A DNA stretch of 64,000 bases from an uncultured Chloroflexota bacterium (GCA_964496475.1 CAZBZS010000002.1:56967-120966); one strand, 5' to 3'; counted from the stretch's first letter, positions 30,845 through 42,524 are shown. Numbers and translations are program-made. Notes: generated from the letters alone by a model not told the origin.

Positions 30845-31795
30845 TTGAAAAGAGCGCTGGTTGCCGGCGGTGCCGGTCTAATCGGTTCGCATCTTTGCGA
30901 GCGGCTTCTCGAACGGGGCTATGAGGTGGTCGGCTTGGACAATTTCCTCTCGTCTTCCCGCGACAATGTCGCCCCTCTGGTGAACCGGCCGGGGTTTACG
31001 TTTTTAGAGCACGATGTCCTTGCGCCACTTCCAGACACCGGCAAGCTCGATGAAATCTACCATCTGGCGAGTCCAGCCAGCCCGGTCTTCTTCGAATCTC
31101 TGGCCGAGGAGATTGCCATGGTCAACTCGGTCGGCACCTGGCAGCTGTTGCAGCATGCCCGGCAGCACAACGCTCGGTTCCTACTGGCGTCGACCTCCGA
31201 GGTTTACGGCAATCCTTTGGAGCATCCGCAGCGCGAGACCTACTTCGGCAATGTCAACACCATCGGGCCCCGCGCGCCTTATGACGAGAGCAAACGCTTC
31301 GCCGAGACACTGACCTATCTGGCCGCGACCCGGTATGGAGTCGACACCCGTATCGTGCGAATTTTCAATACTTACGGGCCGAGGATGAGGGTCGATGACG
31401 GACGTGCCGTTGTCGATTTCATAGGTCGGGCGCTACGAGGTGAGCCGCTAGTCATCTTCGGCGACGGTTCCCAAACCAGAAGCTGGTGTTACGTGACGGA
31501 TATGGCCCGGGGAATCCACCGGGCTATGACCTGCGATGTCGAACCGACGTTCCCGATCAATCTCGGTAACCCCGATGAAATGACGGTTCTTCAAATCGCC
31601 GAGATGGTGATCAAGATGGCCGGCGCTGGGTCCGCACTTGAGTTCGCTCCCCTACCGCCAGATGATCCTGTTCGCCGCCGTCCCGACATCGGCCGGGCTC
31701 GCGAATTGCTCGATTGGGAGCCGCGAGTCACGGTTGAAGATGGGCTCGGCGCTACCGTGGACTGGTATCGAATGCACGCTGGCACAAGCGCATGA
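30845..31795 (+). CDS. uxs: UDP-glucuronate decarboxylase (UDP-xylose synthase)
   Basis: 316 aa; LASTSEVYGNPLEHPQRETYFGNVNTIGPRAPYDESKR...IFNTYGPRM collinear with UXS. Confidence 0.88.
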   Translation: MKRALVAGGAGLIGSHLCERLLERGYEVVGLDNFLSSSRDNVAPLVNRPGFTFLEHDVLAPLPDTGKLDEIYHLASPASPVFFESLAEEIAMVNSVGTWQLLQHARQHNARFLLASTSEVYGNPLEHPQRETYFGNVNTIGPRAPYDESKRFAETLTYLAATRYGVDTRIVRIFNTYGPRMRVDDGRAVVDFIGRALRGEPLVIFGDGSQTRSWCYVTDMARGIHRAMTCDVEPTFPINLGNPDEMTVLQIAEMVIKMAGAGSALEFAPLPPDDPVRRRPDIGRARELLDWEPRVTVEDGLGATVDWYRMHAGTSA

Positions 31796-32033
31796 CCAGC
31801 CTTGGATTGGGAATTTTCGACCGGGACTCGGCGGGTTGGTCGAGGCATTTATTATTTCGTAGATTTGAGTTGTCCTCGTACTGTTGTCGAGGCGACTCTC
31901 TCACCCGGGGCGGATGTCGGAACCGATTCAGTCCGAAGATCCACCTCCTCCGAAATCCGCTGGTCGCGAAATCGGCGGAGACGTTACCGCCAGCCACATT
32001 CCATCTCGAGTCCAATACCCAGGAGCAGCCAGC

Positions 32034-33743
32034 TTGAAAGTCGCGATAAGTTTCCCCCCTTTTAAGAGCGACAAAGGGATTCCACTTCTGTCCCAAAACC
32101 GGCAGTACCAGGTGTTCTCGACCCGCGATAGCGGTGGGTCGGGTGTGGTGCGGCTCATGAACAAATTCGTAGGCGACAACGCGACTATTATTTTCCCGGT
32201 TTTACCGGCCCTGGCGGCGACATTGCTAAAGCAGAATGGCCACGAAGCCATTTGGATGGACGGGATAGCTGAAGGCTGGACTTGGGAAGAATATTGCCGG
32301 CAAATAGAGCTTGCCCGTCCTGAATTGATCGTGATCGAGACGAAGACCCCCAGCGCTCCTGAGATTTACGACTCAATCAGCGAACTAAAGCTGCGCTTCC
32401 CGGAGACGAAAATCGCGCTGCTCGGCGATCACGTCACCGCACTGCCGGAAGAGGCATTTCTCTTCTGCGATGTGGATTTCACCATTCGGGGCGGGCAATT
32501 TGATTTTGCCACCCTCAATCTCGCCAACCACCTGGATCGGGGGGAGGAGCTGGGCGGAGGTGTTTTCTGGCAAGACGGCGATCAGATCTTGAACTCCGGC
32601 CCGGAGCCGGCTCCGCCCGTGCCGGTTGCGTTGCGGCCCCACATCGACCGCGAACTCGTCAAGTGGGAGCTCTACGCGTTCCGAAACGGCAACTTCCTCA
32701 AGAAGGGCACATATGGTTGGGCTACAGGCACAACTGCCGCTGACTGCTGGTGGCGTCGCCGTGTGCCAGGCGGGCCGAAGCGTGGTGGAGGTGGCTGCAC
32801 ATTTTGCTCCTGGACCAGCATGCTTCCGGAATTTTCCGTCCGACCCGTAGACGATTATCTGGACGAACTCGAAAAAATGGCCGAACTAGGCGTCCAGGAA
32901 GTGTTCGACGATACCGGTACCTTCCCAACCGGATCCTGGTTGCGACGGTTCTGCCAGGGAGTCAAAGAGCGCCGTCTCGACAAGGTCCTGATGTTCGGCT
33001 GCAACATGCGGGCCGACGCTCTCACCCGCCAAGAGTACGAGATGCTCGCCGACTCCAATTTCCGGTTCATCCTTTACGGCATCGAGTCCGCAAATCAGCG
33101 GACGCTCGACATTTTGAACAAGGGAACCCTGGTTCAACAGCAGTGGGACTCTGTCCGCTGGGCTAGCGAGGCCGGTCTAGAACCGCACGCCACCTGCATG
33201 GTCGGATACCCCTGGGAGAGCCTTGAAGAAGCCCGTCGTACCGTGGATTACACACGGGAAACTTTTGAGCGGGGCTGGATAAATACCTTGCAGGGCACGA
33301 TCGTGATCCCCTATCCCGGAACCCAGCTTTACGCCCAGGCGCGAGAACGCGACTGGCTGCGGTTCGACGGCCCGGAGAACTGGGCCCGCTATGACATGCG
33401 AGAACCGGTGCTGAAATCCCCAATATCTAGAGGCGAAATTATGGGTCTAGTTCAGAGCCTGTACACGAGCTTTCTGAGTCCGCGATACATGGCTAGAACG
33501 GTCCGCCGGGCCACCCGTAGCAGAGACCATTTTCGTTACTATGTGGTGCGTGGCTCCAAATATCTCGTGGGCCATCTGCTCGATTTCCGGAAAAGCCAGG
33601 TAGAGACGGAATCTGCCAACGGGTCACTGCAAGAGGCTGACACGGGTGTGGCTGATTTGCCGGTCGAGCTATATACAGCAGGTGGGTCCACAGCCCCACT
33701 TCCAGAGGGCGTGAGGAGTTTGGTCAAGGTGGAGTCCAAATAG
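32034..33743 (+). CDS. B12-binding domain radical SAM protein (class B), with a non-canonical Cys spacing
   Basis: N-terminal cobalamin-binding Rossmann domain; core ...TTAADCWWRRRVPGGPKRGGGGCTFCSW (C-x16-C-x2-C); TTG start with AGGAG RBS; the ORF is open from 31884. Confidence 0.7.
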   Translation: MKVAISFPPFKSDKGIPLLSQNRQYQVFSTRDSGGSGVVRLMNKFVGDNATIIFPVLPALAATLLKQNGHEAIWMDGIAEGWTWEEYCRQIELARPELIVIETKTPSAPEIYDSISELKLRFPETKIALLGDHVTALPEEAFLFCDVDFTIRGGQFDFATLNLANHLDRGEELGGGVFWQDGDQILNSGPEPAPPVPVALRPHIDRELVKWELYAFRNGNFLKKGTYGWATGTTAADCWWRRRVPGGPKRGGGGCTFCSWTSMLPEFSVRPVDDYLDELEKMAELGVQEVFDDTGTFPTGSWLRRFCQGVKERRLDKVLMFGCNMRADALTRQEYEMLADSNFRFILYGIESANQRTLDILNKGTLVQQQWDSVRWASEAGLEPHATCMVGYPWESLEEARRTVDYTRETFERGWINTLQGTIVIPYPGTQLYAQARERDWLRFDGPENWARYDMREPVLKSPISRGEIMGLVQSLYTSFLSPRYMARTVRRATRSRDHFRYYVVRGSKYLVGHLLDFRKSQVETESANGSLQEADTGVADLPVELYTAGGSTAPLPEGVRSLVKVESK

Positions 33744-33882
33744 AGGTCGATAGCGCGAACTATTTCCCACCGGTCCGGAACGCCTGGCAGGCGGGGCGAG
33801 GTGACAGTGGCTCCCGAACATACCCGGTGACGCCACGAACAATGCGGCTCCCTGAGTCAGCGCACCCGATTGCGGATGTGGG

Positions 33883-35241
33883 CTACTGCAGACCGCCTAA
33901 CGGCGGACTATCCAATTCTCCGGCCTCAATGTCTTCTTTGCTGACCTGTAAATGGTGAAGGTAGATCTGTCGAAACAGCACCGCCGTCGCGACCGCTAGA
34001 AACGCCGCCATCACCGCTCCACTCGCCAGAAGCACCTGCGCGAATTCGATTGTCGACTCAGCCCAGTACAGATATGCTCCGGCCTGGGCTGCTGCGATCG
34101 GAACCAGTCCGACCCATATCCAATTCCAACCGGCGGCAATAAGAATGTACGTGAGGAACAACGATGTCGTCAGTAACGCAGTCCCCAGCAGATATACCTG
34201 CATGAGCCCCGCGTCGGCGGCGTAGCGATCTCCCACCAGTACGTTGTGCAGGAAGCCCGGAACGGCGAACCCCGCGATTATTGTCGGGATAGCGATCGCC
34301 GCCATCACACTTACGCTGTTGCGGATCAAGGGCCAGCGAAGGCGACGTGACGTGAACATATCGCGAAATCGCGGCAGGATTAGCAACCCCAGCACGAAGC
34401 CTGCATAAAAGATCACTCGCCCCGCCAGAGCCGCCGCCGAAAACGACTCCATGGCTTCCCCGGAAATCCGGTAGTTGGCGATCACGACATCTATCGCCTG
34501 CACGCCGAATATGGCGAACGTTGCCGGCACCGACCTAAGCTGAATGCGCAGCGTGTGCCAGAGGCTCTCCGAAACCGTGCTACGCCGGTCTCCGAATTTC
34601 CCTCCCTTTGGGAACAGGAGCCAGATTGCTAGCAGTGTCGAAACCAGATAACCAAATGCGAACCCAGACGTCGCACCCGACACACCAAATCCGATCGCCA
34701 CAAACACAATCGCCAACACAACCCGTGAGGCCGCCTCGATAAGCATCACCAGGCCAAGCGAACCGAATCGGTGGGCCCCCTGGAACGCGCCCCGGAACGC
34801 CGACAGTACGAGCGATAGGAGGAATGTGATAGCCAGCCAAACAAGGACACTGTTCTGGCTGAAATGAAACACGTTCTTCAGCGGACCTGCGAAGATCCCA
34901 AAGGCCGCGACCAGGACCAGTCCAACCAGCCCGGCCGTTAGCGCTGCTCGGAGCGCGAACGGCCATGTTTGTTGTGAACCGCCACGTCCAACCACGTGGC
35001 CGGTTCCCACAGCGACCGCCGCCTGAAATGAGTTGGCCGGGAACAGGATGATCGCTATGAACGACACAATCGCCAGCACGACTGGATACTCACTTGGTTC
35101 CATCAATCTGGCCATCGCCAACTGGTACACATACGACAGCGCGTTAGCCGTCATCGCCAGAGCCAGGAACACGATCGATTGCCGCGCCGCCCCGCGCAGC
35201 CGCGCACTCCCGGGGGAAGGCGGCACTGCTCGGGGGCTCAA
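33883..35241 (-). CDS. Polysaccharide biosynthesis protein (Wzx-like MOP flippase)
   Basis: 452 aa, about 12-14 TM helices. Confidence 0.7.
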   Translation of the reverse strand: MSPRAVPPSPGSARLRGAARQSIVFLALAMTANALSYVYQLAMARLMEPSEYPVVLAIVSFIAIILFPANSFQAAVAVGTGHVVGRGGSQQTWPFALRAALTAGLVGLVLVAAFGIFAGPLKNVFHFSQNSVLVWLAITFLLSLVLSAFRGAFQGAHRFGSLGLVMLIEAASRVVLAIVFVAIGFGVSGATSGFAFGYLVSTLLAIWLLFPKGGKFGDRRSTVSESLWHTLRIQLRSVPATFAIFGVQAIDVVIANYRISGEAMESFSAAALAGRVIFYAGFVLGLLILPRFRDMFTSRRLRWPLIRNSVSVMAAIAIPTIIAGFAVPGFLHNVLVGDRYAADAGLMQVYLLGTALLTTSLFLTYILIAAGWNWIWVGLVPIAAAQAGAYLYWAESTIEFAQVLLASGAVMAAFLAVATAVLFRQIYLHHLQVSKEDIEAGELDSPPLGGLQ

Positions 35242-35275
35242 AGTTTCAAGGCCGATCTAATCCGGCTGCCCCGAT

Positions 35276-35947
35276 CTAAAAAAATAAATCTCGAAGCCAG
35301 CAGTACACGTAACGTATCCATGTGCGCCGCAGTGATATCTTCGAGTGGCCGGCGCCGCGCTCGAATTCGTGGCTTGGCACCTCCCCTGCTCGATAGCCCA
35401 TCTTCAACACCTTCATCACCATTTCCTGCTCGATGGTGGGAAGGTTCTCCCTCAGGCCCAAATCGATCGCGACGTCCCGGCGTATCGCCCGAAATCCGTT
35501 CTGGGAATCGGTCAGACGAACATTGAACCGGTAGTTTATGCCCAGCATGATGATCTGCTGGCCAAGCCACCGCACGAAGCGGTCCATGTCGCCCGTCATC
35601 TCGTCGCTGCCACCCCGAGGACGGGATCCCACCACAAGATCGGCTTCATCGCTCAGTAATGGCGCAAGCAGCTTCGGTATGTCCTTTGGTACATGCGAAC
35701 CGTCGGCATCGACAAAAACCAAAACGTCCCCGGTGGCCTCTCTGATCGCCGTCCTCACCGCATCGCCCTTACCCATACCGCCGTCGTAGACGACCCGCGC
35801 TCCAAACTCCTTCGCGATCTCCGTCGTACCATCTTCCGAGTGACCGTCCACCACGATCAATTCATCAGCGTACTGTTTGACGGCGCCCAGAACCGAGCCG
35901 ATGGTTTCGGCTTCATTCTTGGCAGGGACCACCACGGTAATCTTCAT
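35276..35947 (-). CDS. GT2 glycosyltransferase (dolichyl/polyprenyl-phosphate glycosyltransferase-like)
   Basis: MKITVVVPAKNEAETI...LIVVDGHSEDGT; start placed at the internal ATG. Confidence 0.8.
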   Translation of the reverse strand: MKITVVVPAKNEAETIGSVLGAVKQYADELIVVDGHSEDGTTEIAKEFGARVVYDGGMGKGDAVRTAIREATGDVLVFVDADGSHVPKDIPKLLAPLLSDEADLVVGSRPRGGSDEMTGDMDRFVRWLGQQIIMLGINYRFNVRLTDSQNGFRAIRRDVAIDLGLRENLPTIEQEMVMKVLKMGYRAGEVPSHEFERGAGHSKISLRRTWIRYVYCWLRDLFF

Positions 35948-36105
35948 CGCCAAACCTGATCGTGGGCGCCGGATGCGGCATGCCGCCGAACTGCGGACAA
36001 ACACCGAGAGTTTATAGGCTGTACCAAATGCCACCAATTCTCGTCGCCCGCCAACCCCTTCCCCTCCGGCTTGATCGCACCGGGTAACGGCGCCGACATT
36101 GTTGA

Positions 36106-37164
<1,059 letters not shown>

Positions 37165-37204
37165 CCATCTGCCACGCTCTGCTTACGGTCGGAGGGCTGG
37201 CCCG

Positions 37205-37666
37205 GTGCTGATAGAGAAAAAGATTGAAGAAATGGGAGTTCAGCTCCCCGAAATCACCGCGAACACGCGGCTGGCTCTGATCCCCGGAGTCAAAGTCGAT
37301 AACCTTCTCGATTGTTCTGGGCGCGGGGCTGACGGCGATCCGGAGAAAATCTGGAAAGGCAAGGTTTGCCGGGAGTATTCGACCGAAGAGGGCTACGCGG
37401 CGGCCCGTTGGTGCGCTCTCGGTTTGCTTGCGCAGGCTAGGGCCGTACTTGGTGACCTGGATCGAATCACGCGGGTCGAAAAGGTCCTGGGAATGGTCCA
37501 CTGCACTCCAGATTTTGAGAGTCAGCCGCAGGTAATAAATGGCGCTTCCGACTTGTTTGTGGAGATTTTCGGAGAGAGCGGCCGGCATGCCCGATCCGCC
37601 GTCGGAATGTCGAGCCTGCCATCCGGAATACCGGTCGAAGGCGAGGTAATCTTCGAAGTAGACTAG
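37205..37666 (+). CDS. RidA/YjgF-family protein
   Basis: About 150 aa; the ORF overlaps the gmd 3' end; start placed at GTG 37205 (or ATG 37232); C-terminal VEVEVIFEV-type motif. Confidence 0.6.
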   Translation: MLIEKKIEEMGVQLPEITANTRLALIPGVKVDNLLDCSGRGADGDPEKIWKGKVCREYSTEEGYAAARWCALGLLAQARAVLGDLDRITRVEKVLGMVHCTPDFESQPQVINGASDLFVEIFGESGRHARSAVGMSSLPSGIPVEGEVIFEVD

Positions 37667-37728
37667 CTGGCCGCTTCCGAGGGATTCGAATGGGCCACCC
37701 GATCAAATACTCGTGATGGTGAGGTCCG

Positions 37729-39738
37729 TTGTTAGAATTCGCTGAGATCCTCCGCCTCTCGCTGGTCGAACTCCTTGCTTTGCTCGCGGGTGTCGGCATC
37801 GTCGCTTGGCTGCTGCGGCAAGAACGCCGGCTGCCCATTCTCCTGGGCGGCGGGTTGGCCGTAGGACACGCCCTCTCGATTTTCATCCTCATGGCTCTCC
37901 TGCGTTTGGCGCCAATTGGACTCGCTGTCCCCCTCGTATTCCTGATTGCTTTACCACCCGCCACGTTCGCGATCCTGAACCTGCGCAGGCGGCCTTACGT
38001 CTGGGGTATCTCCCTCGGATGGACCGTGCTCGCCCTCTCGATCCTCGCGCTGATTTCATTTGGGGCAGCGGTGGACCTGGCCGCCAGCGTTTGGAATGGC
38101 TCCACTCACGAGAATTTGGTTGTCCGGATGGCCATGGCCGCCCACGCCGCCGAGAGCCCGTGGCCGGTCATGGACCCATATTCGCCCGATCATCAGCGGC
38201 TCTATCGCCACGCCGCCCAGGTCTGGACGGCTGCCCTCATGCGCGTCTCCGGAGCCGGCCTCTATCCCGCGACCGTCGTTACAGTAGTGGCGTCCGTCTT
38301 AGCGATCGCTGGCGGACTGTTCGCCGCAGTCGCCCGGCTACGCTCACACCTGGCCGGCTTTCTCGGCGCTGCCCTTTTCCTCACCGCCACCCCCGCGAAT
38401 TTCCTTGGTGTTTGGAAAACCCCGTTTGGCTCCCTGAGCACCTCCAAAGCCTACGGCCTTGCCACCGTCAAAAGGGAACTCGCCCAGGGGTACGTGCTGG
38501 GCCACGGCCTAGCGCTCGCGCCGGGCAACGACTTCACGCTGATGGTTGGCCTGGGTGCCGGGTCCGGCGCGGTATTTCTGGCCTCAACGCTGGTTGACCC
38601 GACCACGCGACGCCGTACCGGCATCCTGGTCGCGGCAATGGCCCTTGCGGTCGCCGGCGCCGCCACGGAACAGATACTGCCGGTCGCCGTCGCCACGTTG
38701 CTTGCCGTGGCTGCCGTTCTCGCCGTTCGCCGCCGCCTGGCAGAGGCCTTGTCGTTCGCTGTTCTGGGTCTTCTTGCCTCCGTCCTCGTAGTTGTCCCCG
38801 AGGGAACTTACGCAGCCCTCGCGTTCGGGAGTGAGATCGGCCAGCGCGCGGGGTTCGCGTTTACGCCCGAGTACTTTCTCCGCCTGCCTACCGAATATCT
38901 CTTCTTCGCCGGCTCCGAGTCGAATTTCTTCGCCGTCCCTCCCGAAACCTTTCGGATCTGGCTATTCGAACCCATCGCGATCAAAGAAATTGGTTGGATT
39001 TACGTGGCCCTAGCGTCCTTGGTCCTCCTCTCCCGGAGACGATATTCTGCCTCGATATTGGCGTTCGCCGTAGCGCCGGCGATAGCTTTGCTAATTCCCG
39101 GTCTTGTGTCGGACCGGCTCTATGAAATCAATATCGCCAGATTTACGGTGCTTGGAATTTCGTTGGGTGGGCTGGCCGCCGGCGTCGCCGCGGCCGAACT
39201 GCTGGCAAAGCGTAAGGCCGGACTTGCCCGTGTGGGCGCAAGCGTCCTGGCCGGTGGGCTCATTGTCTTCGCCAGCGCCACCTGGATGCTTGCCGTGCCT
39301 TTCTGGCCGGCCAAGCTTTTCGAGCAGCCCTATCCCCATCTCGGGGAAGATCTTGAGTCCACTGACTACCTGCGCTCCCTCGATTACGGACGTCGAGCCC
39401 TGATCCTCCCCGGTCCCACCAACAAGGAGGAGGTGAACTCGGACGGCTGGGAAGGGATGCACCGGTTTGTCGTCTCCTTTGGCGCGACTGCCATACCGAT
39501 GGGTCTGGATCGCTGGGGAGCAGCCCACCTGTATCAGCCCTACTACCTGCCGGCCTACAACTCGCTAGATGAGGCCGCCATGGCGCAATTACGGATCGAC
39601 ACCATCTATGTCGTGCCCCATCTTCTCACCGACGACCAGGAACGAATGCTGGAGAACGCCGTCGCCGAAGGGCGGGCGAAGTTGTTGTTCGAATCCTCCG
39701 CCGGCAATCGACGGATTTATGAATACCAGTTCCGCTAA
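37729..39738 (+). CDS. Large polytopic membrane protein, GT-C-like, paralog 1 of 3
   Basis: 669 aa; about 12 TM helices plus a C-terminal soluble domain; loop motif ASVWNGSTHENLVVRMAMAAH...WPVMDPYSP shared with the genes at 40515 and 52818(-). Confidence 0.7.
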   Translation: MLEFAEILRLSLVELLALLAGVGIVAWLLRQERRLPILLGGGLAVGHALSIFILMALLRLAPIGLAVPLVFLIALPPATFAILNLRRRPYVWGISLGWTVLALSILALISFGAAVDLAASVWNGSTHENLVVRMAMAAHAAESPWPVMDPYSPDHQRLYRHAAQVWTAALMRVSGAGLYPATVVTVVASVLAIAGGLFAAVARLRSHLAGFLGAALFLTATPANFLGVWKTPFGSLSTSKAYGLATVKRELAQGYVLGHGLALAPGNDFTLMVGLGAGSGAVFLASTLVDPTTRRRTGILVAAMALAVAGAATEQILPVAVATLLAVAAVLAVRRRLAEALSFAVLGLLASVLVVVPEGTYAALAFGSEIGQRAGFAFTPEYFLRLPTEYLFFAGSESNFFAVPPETFRIWLFEPIAIKEIGWIYVALASLVLLSRRRYSASILAFAVAPAIALLIPGLVSDRLYEINIARFTVLGISLGGLAAGVAAAELLAKRKAGLARVGASVLAGGLIVFASATWMLAVPFWPAKLFEQPYPHLGEDLESTDYLRSLDYGRRALILPGPTNKEEVNSDGWEGMHRFVVSFGATAIPMGLDRWGAAHLYQPYYLPAYNSLDEAAMAQLRIDTIYVVPHLLTDDQERMLENAVAEGRAKLLFESSAGNRRIYEYQFR

Positions 39739-40471
39739 GTTCCACGCGCTTGCCCTAGCCGGGGTCTGGTTTCTCGGTGTCCTGAGCTGGGCCACAGCCC
39801 TTTTGCTACCTTTGGCCTGGCCGGTGTCCAGCATGCCCGCCCGGTCCGCCCTGTTCCCCATTGGTCCCGTCTCGGACTTCGTCGTGCCCGGGCAGTCGTT
39901 TGGCACCCCGGAAGAAATCTCCGCTATCGACATTTTGATTCGCGTCGGCGGACCGTTCGGCGCTTCCACCCCGGTGGGTATGGCCGTTTACGAGGATGTC
40001 GACCGCACGTCGCTCGTCGCGCGATCCGCGGCCGAGCCGGTCTCGGTCCCGGCAGGGCTGGCGGTTGTCCGCTTTGACCTGGACGTTCCAATCGACGGCA
40101 ACCAGCGTTTTTATCTGGAACTCGAAATCCCGCCCGACAATCCGTGGCCAATATTCGTGGGCGGTACCCGCAACGATCCCCAGCGCGCCGGCGATCGTCT
40201 ATATCTCGAACGCAAACCCGGCTGGTCGGATCAGGACATCGCCTACCAGTTTTTCCGGCGTCAGACCGGAGTCCAACGTTTCATATATACAGCTTCTGTG
40301 CGCCCGGAGATGGCCTGGGCCATCATCCCTCCCCTCGTGGCCGTGCTCGGAATGTCAGCCGGCCTATCGCTGCTTGTCCTGCGAAACTACGGCTGGATCA
40401 CAATCACTGGGTCGGCTGTGGCTCTCCCCGGCCTCGCCTTGCTCGCGCTCCTGGTATGGCTATTTCTTTGA
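39719..40471 (+). CDS. Bitopic membrane protein, partner-family paralog B
   Basis: ATG at 39719 overlaps the upstream stop by 20 bp; FPIGPVSDFVVPGQSF...IRVGGPFG...FYLELEIPPDNPWPIF...GWSDQDIAYQFFRRQ; N- and C-terminal TM helices. Confidence 0.6.
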   Translation: MNTSSAKFHALALAGVWFLGVLSWATALLLPLAWPVSSMPARSALFPIGPVSDFVVPGQSFGTPEEISAIDILIRVGGPFGASTPVGMAVYEDVDRTSLVARSAAEPVSVPAGLAVVRFDLDVPIDGNQRFYLELEIPPDNPWPIFVGGTRNDPQRAGDRLYLERKPGWSDQDIAYQFFRRQTGVQRFIYTASVRPEMAWAIIPPLVAVLGMSAGLSLLVLRNYGWITITGSAVALPGLALLALLVWLFL

Positions 40472-40514
40472 ATCATTTGTCTCCAACGCAAGGTCGGCCA
40501 ACAGGATCTAAATC

Positions 40515-42524
40515 GTGAGTCTCTTTGAACTGATCCTCGCCTTCGTCCTCGCGGGACTCCCTTGGCTCGCTGGTCTTCGACTTGTCGTGTGGCTGGTGCC
40601 CGGTGAGTCACGCCTGCCCATCCTGCTCGGGGCGGGGGGTGGCGTCGGTATAGGCGCCTTCCTCCTGGCCCTGATGACGTCGCTGCGTCTTTTGCCGGTG
40701 GAGGTTGTGGTCCGAGGAGTCTTCATACTTTCCGTTGCGCTGGCCATTTGGGCCACCACCGAGTTACGCCGCCGCCGCCTGCGCTGGGACATCTCAAGCG
40801 GCTGGAGCGTCCTCGTGTTTGGCTTCCTGGGAGTGGTGGTAGTTGGCGCCACCATGAATTTCGCTTCCGGGGTCTGGAATGGCGCGACCCACGAGAATCT
40901 CGCCGTGCGCATGGCGATGACCGCGCACATGGCCTCCGGTGATTGGCCCCCGGCCGACCCCTACGCGCCGGGAGTCGAGCGCCTTTATCGTTACACCGCG
41001 CAGGCCTGGGGCGCGTCCGTCATGCGCATCGGTGGGGTGGGCTTATTCGAGGCTGTTTTGGCCATTACCATCACTTCAGTTGTGGCGATCTTCGGCGCGA
41101 TATTCGCGACCGTGGCATCGCTCCGCAATTACTTGTTCGGCCTGTTCGCCGCCGCAGGATTTGTTACCGCCGCCCATGCCAGTTTTCTCGGTCTCTGGAA
41201 GGCCCCGTTTGGCGAATACAGCGTATCTCGCGGCGAGATTCTGGCCGGGCTCGATCGTGAATTAGTCCAGGGCTTTACCGGAAGCCACGGTTTCGCCCTA
41301 CTGCCGGGTAATGACTTCACCAACGTCGTCGCTATCGCCGCCGGGTTCGGCGGCGCTTTCCTGACCGTTCAATTACTCCGCGGTGCCTCGACCCGTATCC
41401 TGCTCGCGGCTCTGGCTGCCGTGTGTTTTGGGGCGATGGCCGCCGCCGCCGAGCAGACCCTCCCCATCGCGCTGGCGATCCTGATGATGCTCGCCCCCGG
41501 TTACGCGGTCAGGGGCGACTGGCGAGCCGCTCTTACCGTGGCGCTAATCGCAGTGACCGGTGTGGTCCTCGCTCTGGTTCCCCAGGGTTCGCTCTCGGCG
41601 ATCGCCTTCGGTTCGGAGGTCGGATCACGGGCAAGCTTTGGCTTTACACCGGAAAATTTCTTTACACTGCCGACCGACGCCATGCTGTATTCCGCCCGGA
41701 CATCCCCGTTCTTCTCCGTCCCCGCCGGGCAAGTGCGCGTTGGGTTCTTCAATCCGATCGTGCTTAAGGAACTACCCTGGGTCTTTCTGGCGTTCGGGTT
41801 GGGCGCATATTTCGTCTTTCGCGCACGACGGCTCTATCTCGTGCCATTCCTCGGCATGGCGCTGACCGCCTTCCTCATCCCGGGGCTGTTTACCGATCGC
41901 GTTTACCCGATTAACATCGCCCGCTTCACCTCCGTCGGCGTCTATCTGGCGGGTCTGTTCGCCGGGCTCGTCGCCGCCGAACTCTGGACCCGATCAGGGC
42001 GATATCGGGCCGCCTACCGTGCCGTTGGCGTGACTCTGATGATCCTCGTAATGGGGTCGTGGGTCGCCAGCGTCCCTCTCTGGCCAGCCCGTCTTTACGA
42101 CACCGCCAACGCCTCGTTAACCGAAGATCTCGAAGTCGCTGCCTTTTTGAGGGAGGGCCCCTACGGTCGCCGGGCGCTGGTTCTGCCAGGTCCAACCACC
42201 CTCGCTGACGTCATTACCGACGACTGGGAAGGTCAACATAAATTCGTCGTCGCTTTCGGCGCCACCTCGATACCGCTCGGACTCGACGCTTACAGCGAAG
42301 GCGGGTGGTACGGCGCCCACTACCTTCACGCCTACGAAACTCTCGATTCCGACGCCATGCAGGCGCTGGGCATAGACACCGTAGTTGTCGCCCCTCAGCT
42401 AATCAGCGCCCCTCAGGTCGAAATGCTGACCCGGGCCAGGGAAGAAGATCGTTTGGTGCTGGAATTCATGAGCTCTGGCGGCGTCCGGGCCGTCTACTCA
42501 TATTCTGGAGGCGACCGTGACTGA
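40515..42524 (+). CDS. Large polytopic membrane protein, GT-C-like, paralog 2 of 3
   Basis: 669 aa; ASGVWNGATHENLAVRMAMTAH...WPPADPYAP; collinear with paralog 1. Confidence 0.7.
   Translation: MSLFELILAFVLAGLPWLAGLRLVVWLVPGESRLPILLGAGGGVGIGAFLLALMTSLRLLPVEVVVRGVFILSVALAIWATTELRRRRLRWDISSGWSVLVFGFLGVVVVGATMNFASGVWNGATHENLAVRMAMTAHMASGDWPPADPYAPGVERLYRYTAQAWGASVMRIGGVGLFEAVLAITITSVVAIFGAIFATVASLRNYLFGLFAAAGFVTAAHASFLGLWKAPFGEYSVSRGEILAGLDRELVQGFTGSHGFALLPGNDFTNVVAIAAGFGGAFLTVQLLRGASTRILLAALAAVCFGAMAAAAEQTLPIALAILMMLAPGYAVRGDWRAALTVALIAVTGVVLALVPQGSLSAIAFGSEVGSRASFGFTPENFFTLPTDAMLYSARTSPFFSVPAGQVRVGFFNPIVLKELPWVFLAFGLGAYFVFRARRLYLVPFLGMALTAFLIPGLFTDRVYPINIARFTSVGVYLAGLFAGLVAAELWTRSGRYRAAYRAVGVTLMILVMGSWVASVPLWPARLYDTANASLTEDLEVAAFLREGPYGRRALVLPGPTTLADVITDDWEGQHKFVVAFGATSIPLGLDAYSEGGWYGAHYLHAYETLDSDAMQALGIDTVVVAPQLISAPQVEMLTRAREEDRLVLEFMSSGGVRAVYSYSGGDRD

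Noticed and set aside
31796-32033. Cobalamin riboswitch upstream of the B12-radical SAM gene
   Set aside because: No B12 box (GCCACTG-like) or conserved riboswitch core is visible. The region is probably just a promoter/5' UTR.
37806-38597. 263-aa plus-strand ORF in an alternative frame
   Set aside because: It lies entirely inside the 669-aa membrane protein gene. Its Arg/Pro-rich composition is characteristic of an off-frame reading of GC-rich coding DNA.
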